IMG/VR virus record: IMGVR_UViG_3300027963_000140
Span: 1-39,126 of that record
DNA: 39,126 bases
Reading direction: 5' to 3' (one strand)
DNA from: a virus
Taxonomy: Duplodnaviria; Caudoviricetes
The notes beneath the pieces were generated by a model. That model worked only from the letters and a program-made list of their open reading frames with translations, searched no databases and was not told the origin of the DNA. Position 1 is the stretch's first letter. Each line of letters begins with the position of its first letter. Below, piece by piece: positions 7,988 through 15,292 of this stretch. The translations under genes and the position numbers were made by a program.

Positions 7988-8391
7988 CACTCGTCCAAGC
8001 GGAACTTCCATTCAAAAGGCGATCGGTTGCCCCACCAAAGGTGCTGGTCGTCTTGAGCGAGCTCGACAAGTCATACCTCGACGAATGCGTCCGCACGGAC
8101 AAAAGCTTTTCCGAGTCGTTCCTCGCACAAACACGGTGCCAACGAATCGGATGCACGATGAGCGAATTGTATGCGATGCGAAACTACGAGCGAGCATTGC
8201 ATCTGGCCGACGAGGCGGTAATTCTCCGGTACGAATCTTGGGACACCACTCCAGCGATGTACATCGACTGGCAGACGATTAACAAACGAGCGGTCCAGGC
8301 TGCCGAGCAGCTTGGACAGGACTTTAACGAGTGGCGTGCGAATCGCCACAGCATGAAAACATCTGTACTGAAAAAGACCAAGGGACCATGA
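7984..8391 (+). CDS. Hypothetical protein
   Basis: ATGA-coupled start at 7984. Confidence 0.65.
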   Translation: MTLVQAELPFKRRSVAPPKVLVVLSELDKSYLDECVRTDKSFSESFLAQTRCQRIGCTMSELYAMRNYERALHLADEAVILRYESWDTTPAMYIDWQTINKRAVQAAEQLGQDFNEWRANRHSMKTSVLKKTKGP

Positions 8392-8714
8392 GCCAACTCT
8401 ACACCAAGTACCACGTACGCACTCCCGACGAGCAGCCGCTCGACTCGGGGTGCTTTGTCCTCCGACCGTTCAACCATGACGGCACCATTCGCGATCCAGC
8501 AGCGGTCGCGGCATTGAAGACCTACGCGAATTTCCTGCCAGCAGCTCAACGTGAGCTCCGGGCCGAGATCACCGACTGGGTCGACACCCCTGGTCTAAGT
8601 CAAGCAACGCGGGAGCTTAATGTGCCTTCCCGCGACTTTGCGGACCGGTGGAAGGATTTCTGTAGGAGGCTGCGTGCGGATCTTGGTTCGCATGATGTTC
8701 CTGAAAGCTTTTAA
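8388..8714 (+). CDS. Hypothetical protein
   Basis: ATGA-coupled start; FVLRP...DPAAVAALKTYA is a motif common in phage accessory proteins. Confidence 0.7.
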   Translation: MSQLYTKYHVRTPDEQPLDSGCFVLRPFNHDGTIRDPAAVAALKTYANFLPAAQRELRAEITDWVDTPGLSQATRELNVPSRDFADRWKDFCRRLRADLGSHDVPESF

Positions 8715-8748
8715 CTTTCTCATTGTAACCATCGAAAGGGCGAAAACG

Positions 8749-8958
8749 ATGTCGAATCATTTAGAACTCTTGGGCATGGATCACGACGATGACAGCTTCG
8801 ACAACGACCGAGACGACTGGCAAGACGACCTCGCCGGGGAAGGCATCCCGACGCCTAGCGCCGAGGCTATCTTGCTTGCGGGCGTGTCACTTGTGGCTCT
8901 GTTGTGCGCCGGCGTGCTTGTGTGCTTCGAGGCCTGGAGGATCCTGACGAATGGATAG
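8749..8958 (+). CDS. Small membrane protein
   Basis: Acidic N-terminus and one C-terminal hydrophobic helix. Confidence 0.65.
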   Translation: MSNHLELLGMDHDDDSFDNDRDDWQDDLAGEGIPTPSAEAILLAGVSLVALLCAGVLVCFEAWRILTNG

Positions 8959-9838
8959 CTCCGGGACCGTCTACCGAATCGCCAAATGGACCGAGACCTT
9001 TGAACGCGCGGAATCTCGCAAGCTCAAGCAGCTCACCTGGATCGCGATGCCTGTCGGATTTAGCTCGACCGGCTACCAGGCCATGCTGGAGGACTTCGAC
9101 GCCGAACGAGCTCCAGCGATCTATGGCGCGTGGTGCGCCCTGTGTGCCTATGCTGCCTCCTGCCATGTCAGGGGGACGCTGGGGAATAGTCGGGGGATTC
9201 CCCTGAAGATCTCCCACGTTGCCAGGATCACTGGTTTTGCCGAGTCTGTTTTCCGGGACTTGTTTGCTTGGGCCTCACGTGAGGACATCGGATGGCTTGA
9301 GGCTGTCCCAGCGGGCGAGATCGCTCAGGAGATCGCGGACCAAGCGGAAAAACGCAGGGATTCGGGTGCTTCGGGGGAATCCCCCGACAATCCACCGGCG
9401 TCGCGGGGGAATCCCCCGAGCACACGACCGGACAGTACCGTACAGGACAGTACAGGACAGGACCAGACCGTACCGGACAAGACCCGTCGTTCGAACGAAT
9501 GGACGTCGGCGGGATTTGAGTTTCGGGAATCGGTTCGGGAGATCGCAGCGAGCATGAGCGAAATGCAAGCTCGCGGGATCCGAATGGGACTCAGTCGCGA
9601 CGAGATCTGGCGGATCGCTTGGGTCGGCAACGACTTTGATCGAGCAGGCCTCCTGGATGCACTGGCACGTTGCCGAGAGCGACATGTGGAGAGACCCAAG
9701 GGCTACCTCGGCATGGTCATGGTCAAGATGTGCCAAGCCAGGGGTGAAAGCTGGGACGATCTCAAGCTCAAAGTCCCACCACCACCACCGCCACCTAGTG
9801 CGACTATCGCGCAGCCAGTCCCAGCCGAAGTCGCTTAA
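8951..9838 (+). CDS. Putative replication initiator / replisome organizer
   Basis: N-terminal YRIAKW...WIAMP domain, low-complexity linker carrying DNA repeats, C-terminal V-x-x-P-x-G-Y-L; architecture of phage O-like initiators. Confidence 0.7.
   Translation: MDSSGTVYRIAKWTETFERAESRKLKQLTWIAMPVGFSSTGYQAMLEDFDAERAPAIYGAWCALCAYAASCHVRGTLGNSRGIPLKISHVARITGFAESVFRDLFAWASREDIGWLEAVPAGEIAQEIADQAEKRRDSGASGESPDNPPASRGNPPSTRPDSTVQDSTGQDQTVPDKTRRSNEWTSAGFEFRESVREIAASMSEMQARGIRMGLSRDEIWRIAWVGNDFDRAGLLDALARCRERHVERPKGYLGMVMVKMCQARGESWDDLKLKVPPPPPPPSATIAQPVPAEVA
9374..9484 (+). repeat. Origin-like repeats within the initiator gene
   Basis: GGGGAATCCCCCGA twice (~9374 and ~9406), then a 5-bp-period tract of GACAG/TACAG/TACCG units. 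Confidence 0.65.
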
Positions 9839-9856
9839 TCTTCCCACCATGGAGGC

Positions 9857-10153
9857 ATGATGCCAACCAGAAAAAAGACCAAGCCGCAACCGAACAGCCT
9901 TATCGAGGATGCTCACAAGTCGGCTGGCCAATACTCGCGAAGACCTGGGCCCGAGAATTGGTTTGACAAGCTCGAAAGCCAGCGTCCCTTGATGGCGTCC
10001 GAGCTCAAAACGCTCTGCGTCGACTGGCACTCGGGCGGTGAGCTGCGCGACATGTTCCCACGCAAGGCGGATCTCCATCGCTTTGTTTGCGATCAAGTTA
10101 TTAAGGTGGGGCGATTTGCCTTCGAACGATGGTTGGACGAGGTGACATCATGA
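9857..10153 (+). CDS. Hypothetical protein
   Basis: GGAGG RBS; overlaps the next start. Confidence 0.7.
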   Translation: MMPTRKKTKPQPNSLIEDAHKSAGQYSRRPGPENWFDKLESQRPLMASELKTLCVDWHSGGELRDMFPRKADLHRFVCDQVIKVGRFAFERWLDEVTS

Positions 10154-11163
10154 GCCTCAAGAAAAAGCTAGACGCATGGACTCGCAATGCGGCGACTGAG
10201 TCGCAAGAGCTTCTGACGATGCGGTCCAAGCTCAAGCGGCTTGAGGCGGATCTCAAGCGAGAGCGATCGGCACGAGAGCTACTCGAGCAGACCCTCGATC
10301 GATTGCGATCTTCATCGGTGAAACTGAATCTGACTCGCAAGGCCAGAAGCACCAAAGGCGGTGTCACTCTGCGAGTGATCGTTCCCGATTCGCATGGATG
10401 CTTCGTAGATCAGTCGGCAGCGTCGGCGATGCTGGCGGACATTGCGATGCTAAAGCCCAGTTCGATCATCCTGTTGGGTGATCATCTGGACTGCGGTGGC
10501 TTCCTTGCCGAGCACCATACATGGGGCTATGTCGCCGAAACCGACTACACTTTCGAGGACGACTGCATGGCCACGAATCAGTTCCTCGACGCGCTGCAGT
10601 CGGCAGCACCACAAGCGACGATTGAGTACCTCGAAGGAAACCATGAGCGCCGGATAGAAAAGTGGATCGTCACCGATGCACTGCGATCCGGCAAAGGATC
10701 CCGAGGTGCCGTCAAGATGCTAAACGCTTTGTTCTCTACCGAGACGGTGTTGCAGTTGTCCGCGCGTAAGATCCCGATCTACAAGCAGGGCGAGTGGTAC
10801 GACGGCTGCCAAGTCCCTGGAACAATCATGCGAGACAATTGCTACTTCACGCACGGCCAATTCACCAGCAAGGCGGCAGCGGCGGCACACCTTGCCAAGT
10901 ACAACAGCAACATTTGGTTCGGGCACACGCACAGGATGGACATGGCGACCAAGCGGACCGTCGCCTCGGGCCCGATCGGAGCTTGGAACCCCGGTTGCTT
11001 GTGCCAGTTGCAACCGTACTGGATGCATCAAAACTTGACAGACTGGGTCAACGGTTACGGGATTCAGTTGGTCCAAAAGGGACTTGGGCATTTGAATTTG
11101 CAAATCCCAATTATCGAGGGCGTGTCATACCTATCACCGCTGATCCGCAGGGGAGCAGCGTAG
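10150..11163 (+). CDS. Calcineurin-like metallophosphoesterase with N-terminal coiled coil
   Basis: PDSHG, GDHLD, GNHE, HG and GHTH motifs in order. Confidence 0.92.
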   Translation: MSLKKKLDAWTRNAATESQELLTMRSKLKRLEADLKRERSARELLEQTLDRLRSSSVKLNLTRKARSTKGGVTLRVIVPDSHGCFVDQSAASAMLADIAMLKPSSIILLGDHLDCGGFLAEHHTWGYVAETDYTFEDDCMATNQFLDALQSAAPQATIEYLEGNHERRIEKWIVTDALRSGKGSRGAVKMLNALFSTETVLQLSARKIPIYKQGEWYDGCQVPGTIMRDNCYFTHGQFTSKAAAAAHLAKYNSNIWFGHTHRMDMATKRTVASGPIGAWNPGCLCQLQPYWMHQNLTDWVNGYGIQLVQKGLGHLNLQIPIIEGVSYLSPLIRRGAA

Positions 11164-11196
11164 GTTGTTTGGTTTGGTTTTCAGGAGGATGAGAGA

Positions 11197-12636
11197 ATGA
11201 GCAGCAGTACAACACCTATCGCAATCCCGTGCGGTTGGCAAGCTTTGAGGATTCAGGAGATCACAGCACCTGGAGACTGGGAATGGAGTGCACAGAGCAA
11301 GCAGTGGGTACCAGTGCTGGTTCGGGCCTGGGTCTGTTATGGCGAGACACGCATCCGACGCATGAACTTTCGGGTCGGCGAAAAGGTGAGAGTGTTTCGC
11401 GAGCCGAGCACAGACAAATCAAAGTATCTCTGCGAGGTAGTGATAGACAAGATTTTTACTAGCGATTTTTACGGCAAGCAATTGCTCCAATGTTATCGAG
11501 CCGACGAATCGCTTGCAGCTGCCGAGGCGGTGCTAAAGACAACCAGTGATTTCTTACAACCGGTCCACCACTTCGACGACAAAACACTTGGGAGATGGAA
11601 ACAGGAACACGTCCTCAGCGCAACGATGCACCCTCAGGACAACCCAAATCTAGTGCCGTACATCGCGACACCGGGATCCAGACCAGTTGTCAAGGAATCC
11701 TCAACAACTGCATCCAACTCTCCGAAAATCCCGGATAGTTCAAACGCTTTGGAAACTCCGAACAGTTCGCCCGACATCGGAGAGCTGGAGCGTTGCGAAG
11801 CGAACGAGAAGATCACGATTGGATACACAGTACCTAATGCGTACGATACAGACGCGGAGCCGATTGCCGAACCGATTCAACGCAAGCGAGTCCTGTACGT
11901 CGCTGGCCCGATGCGGGGGATTGCTTGGTTTAACTACCCGCTTTTTGATCGAGTCGCCAAAGCGCTGCGTGAGGCCGGCAACGAAGTCATCAGCCCAGCG
12001 GAAGAAGATCGCAAGCACGATGGTTTTGATCCGTATGCGAATCCATCGCATGCACAACCTGACGCTTGCACATTCCCCAAAACCATGGACTTTGCAAAGA
12101 CGGTGCGTCGGTGCCTCGACGCAGTCCTGCGGTGTGACGAGCTCGTGCTGCTTCCAGGCTGGGAGAACAGCAATGGAGCCGTGGCCGAGCTTACCCTGGC
12201 CATGTGGCTCAACAAGCGGGTGCGACACCTGAACATCGACGACGATAATCGACTCACGTTTGCGTGTTACTGGACGAGCCTTCTCAGCCTTGCCGTACAG
12301 CTAAGCGAACATCACATGCCAAAAGTAGAACGGATCGGTCTCGCCGAGCAAGACGACGACGACGACGACGACCAAGACATCCTGGCCGAAGCATCTCGGA
12401 TCACGCGGGGCAGCCGTCAAGCTCAATACGGGCCTCCTGATCAGGACTTCCGCAGGACCGCTGGCATGTGGTCGGCATTGTTCTTTTCCAAGCTTAAAGA
12501 CGGGGTGACATTTGAACCCCGAGACGTTGCACTGGCGATGATCTTGCTCAAGACCTCCCGGGAGACGCATCAGCGCAAGCGGGACAACTGGGTCGACATC
12601 GCTGGGTATGCGAGCTGCGGGAGTCGGTGCAACTGA
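11197..12636 (+). CDS. Multidomain protein: DUF4406/nucleoside deoxyribosyltransferase-like plus C-terminal DUF6378-like domain
   Basis: LYVAGPMRG..FNYPLF..SPAE..LLPGWENSNGAVAE; C-terminal R..QYGPP..F..A.MWS..K..R..DNWVDIAGYA. Confidence 0.8.
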   Translation: MSSSTTPIAIPCGWQALRIQEITAPGDWEWSAQSKQWVPVLVRAWVCYGETRIRRMNFRVGEKVRVFREPSTDKSKYLCEVVIDKIFTSDFYGKQLLQCYRADESLAAAEAVLKTTSDFLQPVHHFDDKTLGRWKQEHVLSATMHPQDNPNLVPYIATPGSRPVVKESSTTASNSPKIPDSSNALETPNSSPDIGELERCEANEKITIGYTVPNAYDTDAEPIAEPIQRKRVLYVAGPMRGIAWFNYPLFDRVAKALREAGNEVISPAEEDRKHDGFDPYANPSHAQPDACTFPKTMDFAKTVRRCLDAVLRCDELVLLPGWENSNGAVAELTLAMWLNKRVRHLNIDDDNRLTFACYWTSLLSLAVQLSEHHMPKVERIGLAEQDDDDDDDQDILAEASRITRGSRQAQYGPPDQDFRRTAGMWSALFFSKLKDGVTFEPRDVALAMILLKTSRETHQRKRDNWVDIAGYASCGSRCN

Positions 12637-12725
12637 TGGACCTGATCATTTTTGTTTGCGTTGTAGTGTTTTCCTGTGTCATCATCGCGTTAGGCGATGA
12701 CGACTACCGAGGGCCCTCGCTATGA
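12636..12725 (+). CDS. 29-aa membrane peptide
   Basis: MDLIIFVCVVVFSCVIIALGDDDYRGPSL; coupled to both neighbours (TGATG, ATGA); below the ORF-track size cutoff. Confidence 0.6.
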   Translation: MDLIIFVCVVVFSCVIIALGDDDYRGPSL

Positions 12726-13090
12726 GCACTGACCATGACAACCCCTTGAGCGTCGATCAAGCAATGAAATTGATCGGCAAATGGGAGACTCACCCAGGCC
12801 TGCTGCTAGCTATCTTCGATGCAGCAAGAAAGCTTCGCGACGAAGTCGAGCTGCTGCGGGACCAACTCCAGCAATCGCAGGACTGGGGCAACGCGGTGAA
12901 AATGGAGCTTGAAACGACAAAACGAAAGCTCGCAGAAACCAAGAAGCTTGCACAGGGTCTGTGTGCAGGCTTAGCGGAGGACAAGAGACTGATGCAAACC
13001 GAGCTCGACCAGCTCCGTGCCGTCGTGGCCCAGAACAACCAGAGCATTGCTGCGATTGTGACCAGGTGGATCACACCTGGGAAGAATTGA
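12722..13090 (+). CDS. Coiled-coil hypothetical protein
   Basis: Heptad-rich ORF in the operon. Confidence 0.65.
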   Translation: MSTDHDNPLSVDQAMKLIGKWETHPGLLLAIFDAARKLRDEVELLRDQLQQSQDWGNAVKMELETTKRKLAETKKLAQGLCAGLAEDKRLMQTELDQLRAVVAQNNQSIAAIVTRWITPGKN

Positions 13091-13097
13091 GGAGACT

Positions 13098-13322
13098 ATG
13101 ACGACCAAACGCAACCAAGCAAGGCACGCACGGCTCAAGCTGGTGGATCAGCTCGGCAAAGTAGTCGACTCCATGACGATGCTCGAAGATAGCTATGAAG
13201 CGACTATCGAGCAGTTGCAGCGCTGCGAACGGGAGCTAGAGTGGTATCATGCCGAGCTTCGCAAGCACGTCCCGAGTTCAGAGATCGAACGCGAACTCAG
13301 GAAACACCGGAGGGGTAAATGA
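13098..13322 (+). CDS. Hypothetical protein
   Basis: GAGGAG RBS; ATGA overlap with the next gene. Confidence 0.7.
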   Translation: MTTKRNQARHARLKLVDQLGKVVDSMTMLEDSYEATIEQLQRCERELEWYHAELRKHVPSSEIERELRKHRRGK

Positions 13323-13693
13323 CCAAGTCAACCAAGAATGGACGGACGATCGAGTACATGCGGGGAACTGGCCCAGGTGGCCAGAACCGCAACAAGATTG
13401 AGTCGGCTTGTCGGATCACCGATCATGCGTCTGGGATCGCGGCCTACGCCGACTGCCGGACACGTGAAGCGTCCTACCGAATGGCCATGAACGAATTGGA
13501 CAAGCGGATCGCCCAGGCCAAAGCCGACGCACAGGCTAAAGTCCGCAAGGATCGTCGTGACGTAGCAATCCACGACCATACCGTGGTTCGTACGTACAAC
13601 TTCTCGCGCGGGCTCGTCAAAGACCACCGAAGCGGGAAAGAGGCGACCGTGAAAGAGATCTTGGGCAAAGGACGATTGGAGCTACTGCGATGA
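13319..13693 (+). CDS. Mini class-I release factor / peptidyl-tRNA hydrolase (GGQ) domain protein
   Basis: RGTGPGGQNRNKIESACRITD and VRTYNFSRGLVKDHR match the RF1/RF2 catalytic and C-terminal motifs; only 124 aa. Confidence 0.9.
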   Translation: MTKSTKNGRTIEYMRGTGPGGQNRNKIESACRITDHASGIAAYADCRTREASYRMAMNELDKRIAQAKADAQAKVRKDRRDVAIHDHTVVRTYNFSRGLVKDHRSGKEATVKEILGKGRLELLR

Positions 13694-13839
13694 CAACCGA
13701 AGAAACCCGCAAACTCCAGGATAAAGTGTACTGTTTGGAATTGCGGGTTAAATTATCACAGGCAAGAAACAAGGAGCTACGGCAATGGATCGCGAAACTA
13801 ACAAGCAAGACCCATCCAGCGAGGAGGGCGGGCAAATGA
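13690..13839 (+). CDS. 49-aa hypothetical protein
   Basis: ATGA-coupled to the GGQ gene; open to TGA at 13839. Confidence 0.55.
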   Translation: MTTEETRKLQDKVYCLELRVKLSQARNKELRQWIAKLTSKTHPARRAGK

Positions 13840-14045
13840 AATGGAGCGACTGTCAATGAAAATCCAACGTTAGCGAGTCTTAGCAAGACTCGCACAAGCC
13901 CGAAAAACCAAGGGAATCCGGGCCAGTGGTCCTAGCAGTGGTCCTGAGGTGTCTAGCCAAAAAAAGCATTGCAAAAATTATCTCTTTTCTTGATTTAGTG
14001 CATTGCAATAAATCCGCTCCCGGATCGATCAAGAGGCGTCGGCAG

Positions 14046-14243
14046 ATGCCTAAGAAAACCGAACCACCTAAGCGTCCACGAGGCAGGCCGGTATCCGGTC
14101 GGCCTCCTAAACGAAACACGACAATGCGGCTCGCCCCAGACGTCGCAGATTACCTTGACACAGTCGCCAAGAAAGCCGAGACGGTCGAGGCTGCGGTGCG
14201 ATTGACTGACGGGTACAAGAGGCAACTGAAGGAAAAGCGATGA
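14046..14243 (+). CDS. Small DNA-binding protein (RGRP motif plus RHH-like region)
   Basis: KRPRGRPVSGRPPKRNTTMRLAPDVADYL. Confidence 0.65.
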   Translation: MPKKTEPPKRPRGRPVSGRPPKRNTTMRLAPDVADYLDTVAKKAETVEAAVRLTDGYKRQLKEKR

Positions 14244-14572
14244 CACAGGAAGACGTACAACAAGCGAAAGCTCGGATTCGACTGTACAAAGCCGGACGAA
14301 CAATAACGGAGGTCTATGGCCGTCACGTAAGCTATCATGATGCATACGTTTGGGACTGCAAACTCGTGGCCGATTGGTACGCATGTCATGAAGATCAAGC
14401 AGACGCAGAAAGATACCGATGGTTAAGGGAACAGCATCATGAAGACTCTACGTTGTGCGTGGTGCAAGACCCTCGGCAGGCAGTAAGACCCGGCAGATTT
14501 TGTCCGAGTCTTGAAACGTTGGACAATCTGATCGACAAGGCGATGGCAAAGCAAACAGCGGGAAAACTATGA
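14240..14572 (+). CDS. Hypothetical phage protein
   Basis: DAERYRWLR...LDNLIDKAM is a common phage accessory motif. Confidence 0.7.
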   Translation: MTQEDVQQAKARIRLYKAGRTITEVYGRHVSYHDAYVWDCKLVADWYACHEDQADAERYRWLREQHHEDSTLCVVQDPRQAVRPGRFCPSLETLDNLIDKAMAKQTAGKL

Positions 14573-14805
14573 AAAAGCTAGATTCTATCATCGTGCGTCA
14601 AGCATCAGACGATTTCTACGCGTTTAAGACAGCCAACGCAATGCAGTCTCTACCGAACGTCGAGGTTGTGTCAATTGTGTTTCAGGATCGCGAACCAATA
14701 ATGGCTCGAGAGCCAAGGGGGTTTTGGCACGTTTTTGCGAAGTTTGCGAGTGACCAAATAACAACAGATCAAATAGACAAAGCGATCGACCGCGCTCTGG
14801 CGTAA
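14569..14805 (+). CDS. Hypothetical protein
   Basis: ATGA-coupled ORF. Confidence 0.65.
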   Translation: MKKLDSIIVRQASDDFYAFKTANAMQSLPNVEVVSIVFQDREPIMAREPRGFWHVFAKFASDQITTDQIDKAIDRALA

Positions 14806-14806
14806 G

Positions 14807-14846
14807 ACCCATCACCCACTCTTCCGCCTGAGGGCCCGGAGCTCGG
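14807..14846 (+). repeat. 40-bp direct repeat, copy 1
   Basis: ACCCATCACCCACTCTTCCGCCTGAGGGCCCGGAGCTCGG; 39/40 identical to 15249-15288. Confidence 0.95.
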
Positions 14847-14857
14847 AGAAGCAAATA

Positions 14858-15292
14858 ATGGAAAAATTTGAGCCAAAAATGATGATGATGATCGGGGACG
14901 TCGGCAGCAAACGACTGGAGTTTTCCACTGTATTGTCACAAAAAGAATTCTTCGCGTTGATTCGCGAGACTAATCGGATCTTTTCGTTTGCCCTGCGAAC
15001 GTGGGACGCAGAAACAGGCGCTGCAGTGATCGAGCTTGTGCCAGGAAACGGCATGGCGTTGGTGACTACCGTGGGAGGATTGGACAACACGGAACCATCG
15101 CGCGAAAGCTCTGAAATTTGCGAAGCCCACGACCGATCAAGGCGGAAATTTTACAAAGATCTGCTACATACAATCGGTCTTTCGATCGACGAAATGCCAG
15201 TTCGCGACTCTGTGGTCGATGAGCCAGCCGAATCGGGACCGGAACAAAACCCATCACCCACTCTTCCGCCTGAGGGCCCGCAGCTCGGCTAA
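14858..15292 (+). CDS. Hypothetical protein between the direct repeats
   Basis: GGAG RBS; the 3' end runs through repeat copy 2 and overlaps the terL 3' end. Confidence 0.6.
   Translation: MEKFEPKMMMMIGDVGSKRLEFSTVLSQKEFFALIRETNRIFSFALRTWDAETGAAVIELVPGNGMALVTTVGGLDNTEPSRESSEICEAHDRSRRKFYKDLLHTIGLSIDEMPVRDSVVDEPAESGPEQNPSPTLPPEGPQLG
15249..15288 (+). repeat. 40-bp direct repeat, copy 2 (3' end of terL)
   Basis: Encodes ELRALRRKSG* of terL on the minus strand. Confidence 0.95.

Noticed and set aside
9776-9795. CCA run (and the GAC run at 12352-12372) as phase-variation tracts
   Set aside because: Triplet repeats keep the frame and simply encode poly-Pro and poly-Asp linkers.
13319-13693. Release factor as evidence of stop-codon recoding
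   Set aside because: Long genes are intact under code 11, TAA, TAG and TGA all serve as stops, and the protein lacks a codon-recognition domain.
14807-15288. Repeat pair as a DGR template/variable repeat or IS target duplication
   Set aside because: There is no reverse transcriptase or transposase, the single mismatch is G/C rather than adenine-specific, and 40 bp is too long for a target-site duplication.
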